Source: Methyloligellaceae bacterium
Lineage (GTDB): Bacteria > Pseudomonadota > Alphaproteobacteria > Rhizobiales > CAYWUX01
Direction: 5' to 3'
Assembly (NCBI GenBank): GCA_051009705.1
Contig: JBPCWG010000463.1
Coordinates: 1 to 29,405 of the forward strand
Length of the DNA stretch: 29,405 nucleotides
Made by a program: the position numbers and the translations under genes. Of the stretch, positions 1 through 9,495 are shown one piece after another. The number at the start of each line of letters is the position of its first letter. Position 1 is the stretch's first letter. Under the pieces are notes generated by a model, which was not told the DNA's origin, ran no database searches, and was given only the letters and a program-made list of their open reading frames with translations.

Positions 1-3000
1 GATTGTTGCATTGGAACCTGGGCATCCTCAAACGCGGCATCCTCGTCTTTTCGGGACTTGCGCTTCAAGAAGGATATGCCGCGTTTACCGGATTTGGCGC
101 TATCTTTTTCAATTGCGATCAAACTGCTCAGGACTTCGCGATCGGTCAGGGGATCTCCGTAAATAACACCCTGTCCATATTCAAACTTAAGGGAGCGCAG
201 AAACAGAGCGTCCTGCACCAGCTCGATGCCATCAGCGATAAGCCTTTTATCAAGACCCTGCATCATCGCTACGATAGATTTCACCAGGATCGCATTGGAT
301 TCGTTCTGGGAAATATTTTGAATATAAGACTTATCTACCTTCACGGCATCAAAAGGCAGCCGGCTCAGATAGTTGAAGGATGAAAAACCACTGCCGAATT
401 TATCCAGGGTCAAGGACGCTCCCGCTCCTTTCAACCAGTCGAGAATTTCCACCGCCTGTTCCGGATTTTCGAGAATCAGTGATTCCGGAATCTCAAGCTT
501 GAGTGTGCCTTTGGGAATAGCATCCCGTCGCAAAATCATGCGGATCTCCTGCACGAGTTCATGACGGAAAACCTGATTGCTTGAAATGTTTACACTCACG
601 AATAATGGATTTTCGCGCTTAGGGAATTTCTTCCGCCAGAGTGCGATCTGTCGTGTCGCCTGGTCAAGAATCAAATTAACCAGCGACGGCAGAGCCCCGG
701 ACCGCTCGGCAATCTTGCTGAAATCCTCTAGTGACATCAAACCGAACTGGGGATGTTCCCAATACATAACGGCTTCGAAGCCGACAACAGACTCTTCGAT
801 GAGATCGATGATCGGTTGGTAGTAGACCCGTATCTGGCGACGTTCTATGGCGCGCTGCAGATCCGCTTCAATGGCATGACGGTCATCTTTTTCGTGACGC
901 ATTTCGGGTTTGAATATTTCCACGCGGTCGCTGCCCATGCGCTTGGCAGCATACATGGCGATTTCAGCTTCCCGCAATAAATCCGCCTGGTTGGCCTGTG
1001 ACCCATCGTAAACCGCAATACCGATACTGCTCGTAAGAACCACTTCCTTGTCGTTGAATTTCATGGGGCTGCGCAGAGAACGGCGGACGCGCTCCGCCAG
1101 CATCGCGATCTGGCGCGGCTCGGTTTCGGTGACCAGAAGAATTGCAAACTGATCGCCGCCCACCCGGGCAATAGTGTCCAACGGGGTCAGATGCCGGGCT
1201 AATCGCCGGGCTACGGTCAAAAGCATGCTGTCTCCAACGACCAATCCGAAATTGGCGTTGACTTCCCGAAATCGATCGATATCGATGTAGAGAATAGTGG
1301 GCCGGTACGTGCCCTCTTCGGCGGCTCGCGTTAGGCTCGCAGAGATGCGGTCAAGCATGAGTTCCCGATTAGGCAGTCCAGTGAGACTGTCATAAACCGC
1401 GTCATGGAGCAGTCTCTCATGTGCTCTTTTCGATTCGGTTATATCGCGCATGAGACCAACACACTTCAGGGAGCGATATTGATTGCTCGGTGCTGAATGC
1501 GCCCGGAGCTCGTACCAGAGATAGCTGCTGTCGGAGCGACGAAGTCTGAAGTCAAGATTAAAATCACCGCCATTTTGTTCCTGCAGCGACCACAATTGCA
1601 TGCGGAAACGCTCCTGATCGGCGGGATGCAGAAAGGTCAGCCACTCATCCACTCGGCAGTTCAGCGATCCCGGCTGCAGTCGCAAGTCAACTTCAACGTC
1701 TTCGCTTACGCTAATCTCATCGCGACGCGCATTCCATTCGAATACCGAGGCCTTAGCGCCTTCGATCGCCTGGGAGCGCTGTTGCAGCTGTCCAGGCAAT
1801 CCGCCGGACATGGGCTCAAAGGCATGGAAGGCGTACTGTGTGACTGTAAAACCGAGAAGCAGGACAATCAGAACCATACCGGAAATAATTCCGGCAACGG
1901 CGATATCCCCTGAGAGCTGGCCTGTGATCGCCACCGATGTGCCGAAGATCCAGACCAGGAAAAGCAGCCAGCTTGGCACCAGCGCCAGCGCACGATCCTG
2001 TCCTCGAAAAGACAGGTAAATAGTCATCAAGGCGCCAACGACACTGATCAGCACGAAAGAAGCCCGGGCGAATCCGGAAGCCATAACCGGATCCAGAATG
2101 GCAAGGAAGATCAATCCGAGCTGGGCCAGATACCAGCCGAGAACCGACAGCCGGATCCAGTTGTGCCACAGAGACAGGCGTAAAAAAGTGTACAGAAACA
2201 ACACAAAATGGGCGGCAATCGCTGCCTCCGCCGCCGCCCGGTAAATCGCGTTATTGTCGGCGACCAACTGGAAGAGTTTGTGCCAGAATCCAAAGTCGAC
2301 GCAAAGATAAGCCACGACACTCCAGGCAATCAGCGCCGCGGAAGGAAATATGGCCCTATGGTTCGCGACAAAAATAGCAGTCAGGAACACAGCGAGCAAA
2401 CCGGTAATCCCCAGCAGAATCCCCTTGAACAGGGTGAAATCACGGGCGCGTTTTTCAAACGCCCGGGCTTGCCAGAGAAACAGCCGCGGAAAATTGCTGG
2501 AGCTGAGTTCGGCGATAAAGGTTACAGTGGCCCCGGGCGCCAATTCCATTTTGTATATATCAACACTGTCATTCTCTACCTGCTCCGGCAGGAAGCCGAT
2601 AGAAGGCGTAATACGGGAGATATGCCGGGAGTCCAGTTTCGGCCAGAAAATACCGGAACCGATAAGGCTGTAACGATCGGCTGTTATCCATCGTTCGATA
2701 CGCTTGTCCGTCGTGTTGCTCAAGGCAAAGACAACCCAGTTGGGATTTGTTCCGTCGTTGAGGGCATCCACTTCCATGCGCCCAGCAATGCCGTCAGCAC
2801 CAGGAGCTGTTTCCACCTGCAGGCTGTTTCCCCGACCTTCATAGAATTCGCCGAGATGCGTAATTTCTATTTTTTCCTGATTGGGAACGATTTTTATGGG
2901 TTCGAGTGCTCTGGCTGGAGCCGTCGAATAAAATTCAACCAAAAACAGAGCCAACGCCACTATCCCTATCAAAGGGATCGTATTTGTGAAGAATTTTGCA

Positions 3001-3074
3001 GGTCGACGCGAACGGATTGAGCGCCGAATTCGGTATAATTTGCGCAATCTCTTGATGAAATTATGAGGCTTCAT
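1..3074 (-). CDS. Membrane sensor / PAS / GGDEF-EAL domain protein (3' end truncated by window edge; catalytic motifs degenerate)
   Basis: Not in the ORF track because it runs off the left edge. I translated it by hand from ATG 3074. It has an N-terminal hydrophobic segment and a periplasmic domain (LEPIKIVPNQEKIEITHLGEFYEGRGNSLQVETAPGADG), then multiple TM helices (~2450-1830) and a PAS-like region (WLTFLHPADQERF...DFRLRRSD). GGDQF lies at 1146-1160, and the EAL fold includes VYYQPIIDL..VVGFEAVMYW, FVSVNISS, LDKFGSGFSSFNYL and KVDKSY. Confidence 0.9.
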   Translation of the reverse strand, partial: MKPHNFIKRLRKLYRIRRSIRSRRPAKFFTNTIPLIGIVALALFLVEFYSTAPARALEPIKIVPNQEKIEITHLGEFYEGRGNSLQVETAPGADGIAGRMEVDALNDGTNPNWVVFALSNTTDKRIERWITADRYSLIGSGIFWPKLDSRHISRITPSIGFLPEQVENDSVDIYKMELAPGATVTFIAELSSSNFPRLFLWQARAFEKRARDFTLFKGILLGITGLLAVFLTAIFVANHRAIFPSAALIAWSVVAYLCVDFGFWHKLFQLVADNNAIYRAAAEAAIAAHFVLFLYTFLRLSLWHNWIRLSVLGWYLAQLGLIFLAILDPVMASGFARASFVLISVVGALMTIYLSFRGQDRALALVPSWLLFLVWIFGTSVAITGQLSGDIAVAGIISGMVLIVLLLGFTVTQYAFHAFEPMSGGLPGQLQQRSQAIEGAKASVFEWNARRDEISVSEDVEVDLRLQPGSLNCRVDEWLTFLHPADQERFRMQLWSLQEQNGGDFNLDFRLRRSDSSYLWYELRAHSAPSNQYRSLKCVGLMRDITESKRAHERLLHDAVYDSLTGLPNRELMLDRISASLTRAAEEGTYRPTILYIDIDRFREVNANFGLVVGDSMLLTVARRLARHLTPLDTIARVGGDQFAILLVTETEPRQIAMLAERVRRSLRSPMKFNDKEVVLTSSIGIAVYDGSQANQADLLREAEIAMYAAKRMGSDRVEIFKPEMRHEKDDRHAIEADLQRAIERRQIRVYYQPIIDLIEESVVGFEAVMYWEHPQFGLMSLEDFSKIAERSGALPSLVNLILDQATRQIALWRKKFPKRENPLFVSVNISSNQVFRHELVQEIRMILRRDAIPKGTLKLEIPESLILENPEQAVEILDWLKGAGASLTLDKFGSGFSSFNYLSRLPFDAVKVDKSYIQNISQNESNAILVKSIVAMMQGLDKRLIADGIELVQDALFLRSLKFEYGQGVIYGDPLTDREVLSSLIAIEKDSAKSGKRGISFLKRKSRKDEDAAFEDAQVPMQQ

Positions 3075-3141
3075 TTCAATCCGTAACCGATCCGTCTCAG
3101 CCGCAGTTTCAAAAAAGAATCCTGTTTAGAATTCTTCGATT

Positions 3142-3723
3142 CTATACGTCACCTTTTAACAGCGCAAACAATAGATGATCTTGCCAAACACCATTGATCC
3201 GCAAATATTTTCTGGCCACGCCCTCCCGCTCAAATCCGATCTTTTCCAACAGGCCGATGGACGCCTCATTTCGAGGCAGACATGCGGCCTCCAGGCGATG
3301 CAATCCAAGTGTTTCAAACACAAAAGGGAGCACTGTCAGGACACCGGCTGTCATATATCCCTGCTGGGCGTAGGGCAGCCCGACCCAATAGCCCAGTGAA
3401 CAGGATTGTGTGACGCCCCGTCGAACATTGGACAGAGTCATACCGCCTCGTAATCCATTATCTGATTTGTCGAATATAAAGAAGGCATATCCGAGATCGT
3501 CGCGATAATCTCGCTGGTAATGGCGCACGCGCCGCCGGTACGAAGCACGGGTTAGTTCATCGCGGATCCATGTGGGCTCCCAGGGGGTCAAAAAATCCCG
3601 ACTCTGATTTCGGAGTTCCGCCCACTCGGCATAATCGGTCATCTGAGGCATGCGCAGAAAGACGCGCTCCCCCTGAATAACGGGACCAAGGTCAGATGCC
3701 GAAACGGACCTTAAAAAAGCCAT
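3142..3723 (-). CDS. rimJ: RimJ/RimL-family GNAT N-acetyltransferase
   Basis: WEPTW, LSNVRRGVTQSCSLGYWVG, LHRLEAACLPRNEASIGLLEKIGFEREG and LRINGVWQDHLLFA are typical of RimJ. ATG 3723 has a GGAGA RBS; GTG 3729 is an alternative start. Confidence 0.85.
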   Translation of the reverse strand: MAFLRSVSASDLGPVIQGERVFLRMPQMTDYAEWAELRNQSRDFLTPWEPTWIRDELTRASYRRRVRHYQRDYRDDLGYAFFIFDKSDNGLRGGMTLSNVRRGVTQSCSLGYWVGLPYAQQGYMTAGVLTVLPFVFETLGLHRLEAACLPRNEASIGLLEKIGFEREGVARKYLRINGVWQDHLLFALLKGDV

Positions 3724-3778
3724 TCGCACTTATCTCCGTTCGAATTCGCGATTGATCCGTAACTTGGCTATGGTTGCA

Positions 3779-5041
3779 TCAATTGAATTGGTTCGTAAAA
3801 GCTTCATAAGTTTCAAAATTTCCCAATGGTCCAACGCCGGAACAGACCGGCAATCCGCGGCTTATCAAGTCAGTGACCAGCTGACACACATCGTCGCCTT
3901 CGACATTTTCCACTTTTTCGATCAATTCATCAATGTTCAGTGGCCGACCAAAGTTAATCATTTGCCGCGCCAGCTGTTCGGCGCGGGCACCGGAATTTTC
4001 AAGACTCATGGTCAGACCGGCCTTGAGCTGAGCTTTGGCTTTTGCAACTTCCCTTTCTTCCGGACCCTCCCGGCCCATTTTTAGCAACTCTTCGGTTATC
4101 ACGTCTAATAAACGCGGAATTTGTTCTCTTCCTGTCGCCGCATGGATGCAGAACAATCCCGTGTCAGCCAGACCCCACGTGAACGCATAGATGGAGTAAC
4201 AAAGCCCATGTTTTTCTCTAACTTCCTGAAAAAGCCGAGACGACATGCCACCGCCAAACAAACTTGAAAAGACTTGTGCGGCGAAAAAATGTTCACTGGC
4301 GACAGGAAACCCTTCAAAACCGACAATGATATGACTTTGTTCAAACGGTTTTTCCGAAAGTCTCAGCCCTCCTTTGTAAGTAGCGGGTGTCTGGGCAAAT
4401 TTTGGACCTTTTGTGAGACTTGCAAAGTATTTTTCAGCGAAATCCACGATTTGCTCATGTTCGAGGGCTCCAGCGGCTGTAAACACCATATTATGGGAGT
4501 TATAATGTTTCCGCTGGTATTCTCGAAGAGAAGCGGGGGACAGTTTGCCGACGCTTTCAACGGTCCCCAGAATGGGACGTCCGAGAGGCTGATCAGGAAA
4601 TGCAGCTTCCTGCACCAGATCATAGGCGATTTCCTCAGGGCTATCCTGCGCCGAGGCTATTTCCTGAAAGACGACCTCCTTTTCGCGACTTAGCTCCGTT
4701 TCGTCGAATAGAGGATTGATAAGGATATCCGAAAGAATATCCATTGCCAATTCGACATCATCTTTCAGAACCCGCACATAATAGGACGTCATATCCAGGC
4801 TCGTCGCCGCATTGATATCACCACCGACGGATTCAATCTGTTCGACGATATCGCGGGCCTGGCGCCGGGTCGTTCCCTTGAACGCCATATGCTCCAAGAG
4901 ATGGGAAATTCCGTGTTGCTCGGGGGCTTCCGAACGCGCACCCGTTTCCACCCATACACCGAGTGATACCGTCCTGAGGTGCGGCATGGCGTGGGTCACG
5001 ACACGCATGCCATTGGACAGGGTACTGTTCTTGATACTCAT
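3779..5041 (-). CDS. M16 family (pitrilysin/MPP-like) zinc metallopeptidase
   Basis: Inverted zinc motif HLLEH (HxxEH), the GGDINAATS segment and a glycine-rich loop GGGMSSRLFQEVRE. The likely start is ATG 5041; the ORF is open to 5071. Confidence 0.92.
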   Translation of the reverse strand: MSIKNSTLSNGMRVVTHAMPHLRTVSLGVWVETGARSEAPEQHGISHLLEHMAFKGTTRRQARDIVEQIESVGGDINAATSLDMTSYYVRVLKDDVELAMDILSDILINPLFDETELSREKEVVFQEIASAQDSPEEIAYDLVQEAAFPDQPLGRPILGTVESVGKLSPASLREYQRKHYNSHNMVFTAAGALEHEQIVDFAEKYFASLTKGPKFAQTPATYKGGLRLSEKPFEQSHIIVGFEGFPVASEHFFAAQVFSSLFGGGMSSRLFQEVREKHGLCYSIYAFTWGLADTGLFCIHAATGREQIPRLLDVITEELLKMGREGPEEREVAKAKAQLKAGLTMSLENSGARAEQLARQMINFGRPLNIDELIEKVENVEGDDVCQLVTDLISRGLPVCSGVGPLGNFETYEAFTNQFN

Positions 5042-5090
5042 GGATTTTTTGCGCTCATGGATAGATTTCACTCAATGCTTAGCCATATTC

Positions 5091-6482
5091 TCAATCGCCC
5101 CTGGATTCGATGAACGCCTTGACGGCGTCGATTTCCCCGGGCAACCGAGTAAATCTTTCTTCCAGGTTCCGCTGGGCTGCAAGGCGCTCGGGCAGTTGAG
5201 GTTCCTGGCCAAGGGCGCGCACAAGAGTATCGGGAAATTTGGCCGGATGGGCAGTTGCCAGAGTAATTACTGGATCGCGGTTTTCCCGATCGGACCTGTA
5301 AGCAGCTGCGAGGCCGACGGCCGTATGGGGGTCAGCCATATAACGGCTTGCGGCGAAACTCGATTTGATCGTCTCAAACATCTGTTCCTGGTTGACGGAA
5401 ACCGCTTCAAATTCCGCCAGAAGGGGGACGCGTTCATTTTCAGACAGATGATAAGACCCTTCTTTGGCCAGCTGCTCCATCAGATGGCAAATGCGGCCCG
5501 CATCTCGACCGCAGTTTTCAAACAGCAGTCTTTCAAAATTGCTTGAAACCTGAATATCCATGGAGGGACTTTCTGTCGGCACGACTTTGGACGGGCTGTG
5601 ATCGCCGGTGTTCAGAGTACGCACCAGGATGTCGTTGATGTTTGTCGCAATAATCAGATTGGAAATTCCAAGTCCCATTTTCTTGGCGACATAGCCGGCG
5701 AATATGTCACCAAAGTTACCTGTAGGGACGCAAAACTGAACCTGTCGGTACGGGGCTCCGAGAGCAACGGCGCTGGAAAAATAGTAGACGATCTGGGCCA
5801 TGATCCGCGCCCAGTTAATGGAATTCACACCGGCGAGATGAACCCGATCGCGAAAAGACAGGTCATTGAAAAGACCTTTCACGATGGCCTGACAGTCATC
5901 GAAAGTACCGTCAAGGGCGATAGTATGAATGTTCTCGTCCGCCACGGCTGTCATCTGGCGGCGTTGGACATCGCTTACACGCCCGTCCGGAAACAAAATA
6001 AATACTTCGACGGAACTTTTTCCGCGAAAGGCTTCAATGGCGGCGCTGCCTGTGTCTCCGGAAGTTGCACCGACTATTGTGATCTTTTCCTGACGTCGTT
6101 CCAGCACGTGATCCATGAGACCCGCAAGGACCTGCATGGCGAAATCCTTGAAGGCAAGCGTGGGGCCGTGGAAAAGTTCCAGAAGCCAGTGCCGATGGTC
6201 CATCTGTACCAGAGGGGCAATAGCACTGTGGTTAAAACCAGCGTAAGCGGTTTCTACAATGCGGTCGAAATCCGGCCGCGCGATAGTGTCTCCGATGAAC
6301 GGCCACATCACCTTCCGTGCAATGTCCACATAAGGGCGACCGGCCAAATCGGAAATTTCATCAACACTGAGTTCCGGCCAGTTTGCCGGAACATAGAGGC
6401 CGCCATCCCGGGCAAGACCGGCACGCAATACGCCTTCAAAGTCAAGTTCAGGTGATTGACCTCGGGTACTGACGTATTTCAA
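5091..6482 (-). CDS. thrC: Threonine synthase
   Basis: N-terminus KYVSTRG, GLARDGGLYVP, PLP-lysine motif ELFHGPTLAFKD, GATSGDTG, VPTGNFGD and LATAHPAKF. TTG start with an AAGGA RBS. Confidence 0.97.
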   Translation of the reverse strand: MKYVSTRGQSPELDFEGVLRAGLARDGGLYVPANWPELSVDEISDLAGRPYVDIARKVMWPFIGDTIARPDFDRIVETAYAGFNHSAIAPLVQMDHRHWLLELFHGPTLAFKDFAMQVLAGLMDHVLERRQEKITIVGATSGDTGSAAIEAFRGKSSVEVFILFPDGRVSDVQRRQMTAVADENIHTIALDGTFDDCQAIVKGLFNDLSFRDRVHLAGVNSINWARIMAQIVYYFSSAVALGAPYRQVQFCVPTGNFGDIFAGYVAKKMGLGISNLIIATNINDILVRTLNTGDHSPSKVVPTESPSMDIQVSSNFERLLFENCGRDAGRICHLMEQLAKEGSYHLSENERVPLLAEFEAVSVNQEQMFETIKSSFAASRYMADPHTAVGLAAAYRSDRENRDPVITLATAHPAKFPDTLVRALGQEPQLPERLAAQRNLEERFTRLPGEIDAVKAFIESRGD

Positions 6483-6635
6483 CTGGCGTTCCTTTCAATT
6501 TGTCATGAACTCTTTTCTGACTAACGGCGGATTTCAAGGGCTTTCGCAATCCGGAAACGGAACCCGGCAGATCCCTCCGAAGTCGCATTCGGGAGCCCGT
6601 TTGGTGCTTATAATGGACCCGCTCTGCGGAAACAA

Positions 6636-7388
6636 TTAATTTGTTTTTCTCAGCTGACCACGGACGAAGACACCATAGACGGCGATCAGGGTCAGGGCTA
6701 AGCCCCACCAGGTCAGGGCATACTGTAAATGGCGATTGGACAGGGATAGACGCGTGACACCGCCACGCGGCCAGCCGCCCGCAAGTTTCAAATCGTCACT
6801 CTCGATGAGAAAAGGTCGAACCTTGTCGCGCTTTGCTGGTTCAAGGCTTGCTTCCGACATCTCCAGATAGGAGCGCCAATACCACTCGTTCTTTGCAAGA
6901 TCGTTGACAGGAACAAACAAACCCCGCTCTTGCTTGTAACCCCGGACGATCCCCGAAATATCCACAGCGCCGGAGATCTGCCCCTCTGCCCGCGCCTTTG
7001 CACTTTTCAATTCCAGCGGCACAAAACCGCGATCAACAAATATCAGAAACGCGTCCGGCAATGTCAGCGGTACGACGATCCGCCAGCCAGGACGGCCGTT
7101 CTCTACCGTGTAGAAGTGAAGCTCTTTCGTATAGTCAAACACACCCCGGACGCGGATACGGTAATATTCTACATCACGGTCCCGCTGCCACAATGTCTGG
7201 ATTTCGCTCAGGGAACGTTCGGGTCCGGTGGCCCGGCTTTCTATTTTCTGGATAAGGCCTTCTTTCCAGGCGAGACGCTGCCACTGCCAGCTGCCGAGCC
7301 CCACCAGGATAATAACCGCCAGCAATGTGAGCAGGCTTAGCCACAGAAGCTTCGCAGATCTTGGGCTTGGGGCCAGGTTCCCGGTCAT
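6636..7388 (-). CDS. surf1: SURF1/Shy1 family cytochrome c oxidase assembly protein
   Basis: LGSWQWQRLAWKE, VDRGFVP and C-terminal NRHLQYALTWWGLA, with two terminal TM helices. Located just downstream of the cox operon. Confidence 0.93.
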   Translation of the reverse strand: MTGNLAPSPRSAKLLWLSLLTLLAVIILVGLGSWQWQRLAWKEGLIQKIESRATGPERSLSEIQTLWQRDRDVEYYRIRVRGVFDYTKELHFYTVENGRPGWRIVVPLTLPDAFLIFVDRGFVPLELKSAKARAEGQISGAVDISGIVRGYKQERGLFVPVNDLAKNEWYWRSYLEMSEASLEPAKRDKVRPFLIESDDLKLAGGWPRGGVTRLSLSNRHLQYALTWWGLALTLIAVYGVFVRGQLRKTN

Positions 7389-7397
7389 GTCTGGTCC

Positions 7398-7787
7398 TTA
7401 GTCGGGGCGGTCATTGCCGAACCGTGCTTCGACGGCGCGGTTTCGATACTGAAGTGTAACGAGAATAGCTTTGAACGGCCTTAGTAGCGCCAGGCACAAC
7501 AATGCTGTGACCGGAAGCCAAACAACACCATGCACCCAGTAAGGAGGCTGATAAAGAACTTCCATCGCGAGAACCCCGGCAACGACAATAAAGCCAACAA
7601 TCATGATTATAAAAACAGCCGGACCGTCTCCGGAATCCGCGAATTCAAATGACTGACGGCAATGGCTGCACGCCGGTGCGATGGTCAAGAAGCCGGAAAA
7701 GAGTTTTCCTACCCCGCAATGGGGACAGACCCCGGCCACACCGCTTCTCAAGAGAGAAGGAACGTTGCGGACTACACGATCATTCAT
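7398..7787 (-). CDS. DUF983 domain membrane protein
   Basis: CPHCGVGKLFSGFL, CSHC, ADSGDGPAVF and two TM helices, in the usual position between coxC and surf1. ATG 7787; GTG 7799 is an alternative start. Confidence 0.85.
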   Translation of the reverse strand: MNDRVVRNVPSLLRSGVAGVCPHCGVGKLFSGFLTIAPACSHCRQSFEFADSGDGPAVFIIMIVGFIVVAGVLAMEVLYQPPYWVHGVVWLPVTALLCLALLRPFKAILVTLQYRNRAVEARFGNDRPD

Positions 7788-7834
7788 ATCGCCAACCACC
7801 TGAAACGCCGCACCGTTTACCGGCGGATTTACCG

Positions 7835-7870
7835 AAAGGCGGGAATATGAAAATCGATCAATTCCCCGCC
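7835..7870 (-). terminator. Possible intrinsic terminator/hairpin after coxC
   Basis: The minus strand reads GGCGGGGAAT-N14-ATTCCCGCC-TTT, a GC-rich stem with a one-base bulge followed by a short U run, about 30 nt after the coxC stop. Confidence 0.45.
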
Positions 7871-7901
7871 CCTCGCGGTCCCTATGGAAAAGGGCTGAGC
7901 T

Positions 7902-8765
7902 CTAGCCGTGCGGTGTTCCGGCACCCCAAACATAGATGCAGGCAAACAGGAACAGCCAGACGACGTCAACAAAGTGCCAATACCAGGCCGCGGCTTCAAA
8001 TCCGAAATGCTGTTTCGGTGTGAAATGCCCAGCCATGGCACGGAATAACATAACTGCCAGACAGATTGTTCCAACAATGACATGGAAACCATGGAAGCCC
8101 GTGGCCATGTAGAATGTCGCACCATAGATGTTGTCGGCGAAATTGAAGCCCGCATGGCTATATTCATAGGCTTGCAATGCCGTAAACAGGAGGCCCAGAA
8201 TGACAGTAAAGAACAATCCCCAGATCAATCCCTTGCGATCATTTTTGAGCAGAGAATGGTGAGCCCATGTGACCGTCGTGCCCGAAGTCAGCAAGATAAG
8301 TGTATTTACCAGTGGCAGATCCCAGGGATTAAAAGTTTTAATATCCGCCGGCGGCCACTCCCCGCCGGTGACTTCGTTGCGCTCAACAAGTCCTGTCATC
8401 AGCTCTGTGCCCGGCACCTGCCGCACTTCGTTCGGAAAAAGGGCAACATCGAAATAAGCCCAGAACCAAGCGACGAAAAACATGACCTCCGACGCAATGA
8501 ACATGATCATCCCATATCGGAGATGCAACTGCACGACCGGCGTGTGATCCTTGGTGACTTGAGCCTCATTGATAATATCACGCCACCACATGAACATCGT
8601 GAACATGATACCGACAAGGCCGAGAATCAGAACCAAAGGCCCGACATCATGGAAATACATGACAGCGCCAATCGCTGTTATAAACGCGGCCACAGCGCCA
8701 ACCGCAGGCCAGGGGCTCGGGTCGACCAAATGATAGTCATGGTGCTTTGCGTGTGCTTCCGCCAT
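7902..8765 (-). CDS. coxC: Cytochrome c oxidase subunit III
   Basis: HDYHLVDPSPWP, FIASEVMFF, NTLILLTSG, TGFHGFHV and AAWYWHFVDVVW. AGGAG RBS. Confidence 0.98.
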   Translation of the reverse strand: MAEAHAKHHDYHLVDPSPWPAVGAVAAFITAIGAVMYFHDVGPLVLILGLVGIMFTMFMWWRDIINEAQVTKDHTPVVQLHLRYGMIMFIASEVMFFVAWFWAYFDVALFPNEVRQVPGTELMTGLVERNEVTGGEWPPADIKTFNPWDLPLVNTLILLTSGTTVTWAHHSLLKNDRKGLIWGLFFTVILGLLFTALQAYEYSHAGFNFADNIYGATFYMATGFHGFHVIVGTICLAVMLFRAMAGHFTPKQHFGFEAAAWYWHFVDVVWLFLFACIYVWGAGTPHG

Positions 8766-8865
8766 TGCTAACTCCTGCTCGCTTTCAATTTCTCTGTGTT
8801 CATCGGTCTGTCAGACCATCTGTTCGTCTTCAATTTCTGTTCATCCCAAAACTGTTCCCATTCCT

Positions 8866-9495
8866 TCAGGTTCCTGAAGAACTGTCCGACGGATCGGAGT
8901 TTCCGGCCGATTTCTTGTCGGCAGTATTGTCCGAATTATCGTCATCAACAGCAAAGAAAGTATAGGACAAGGTGATCTCTTTTATCGACTGCGTATCCGG
9001 ATTATCAAGAATGGCCGGGTCAATATAAAAGTCCACGGGCATATCCACGGTTTGCCCGGCTTTCAGCATTTGTTCCGTAAAACAGAAACAGGCGACTTTG
9101 TTGAAATATGCACCGGCGGACTCCGGCGTAACGTTAAAGGAAGCGGTCCCCAGCGTATCGATTGTTGCTTTGTTGGTCGCTTGATAAAAGGCCAGAGCAG
9201 ACGCGCCGATCTTAATCTGGACGGTGCGCTGTATGGGGGTGAATTCCCAGTTCAGGCCCGGTGCTGTGTTGGAATCGAAACGAACGGTGATCTTGCGGTC
9301 AACAACCCGGTCCGCCGGTCCTTTGGCTTTTTGCGTGGTTCCACCATAACCGGTGACCTGGCAAAACAGCTGGTAGGCAGGAACAGCCGCAAAGGACAAG
9401 CCCGTCATCAGCAAGACGACGCCAACCAGGGACAAGGCAACAATCTTGTGCTGTCCCTCGGTTTTCCCGCCTGTTGTGTCTTGTCTCCTGCTCAC
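8866..9495 (-). CDS. ctaG: Cytochrome c oxidase copper chaperone CtaG/Cox11
   Basis: VPAYQLFCQVTGYGGT, the copper-binding CFCF motif (FNKVACFCFTEQ) and EITLSYTFF. Confidence 0.95.
   Translation of the reverse strand: MSRRQDTTGGKTEGQHKIVALSLVGVVLLMTGLSFAAVPAYQLFCQVTGYGGTTQKAKGPADRVVDRKITVRFDSNTAPGLNWEFTPIQRTVQIKIGASALAFYQATNKATIDTLGTASFNVTPESAGAYFNKVACFCFTEQMLKAGQTVDMPVDFYIDPAILDNPDTQSIKEITLSYTFFAVDDDNSDNTADKKSAGNSDPSDSSSGT

Noticed and set aside
2208-3020. 270-aa plus-strand ORF (also 3..383, 753..980 and 1497..1913)
   Set aside because: These are exact antisense shadows, in the same triplet register, of the GGDEF-EAL gene, with no recognisable motifs.
5598-6455. 285-aa plus-strand ORF, and similar long antisense ORFs over the M16 peptidase, coxC, coxA, xseA and purD genes
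   Set aside because: They lie opposite well-supported conserved genes. Such shadow ORFs are expected from codon bias.
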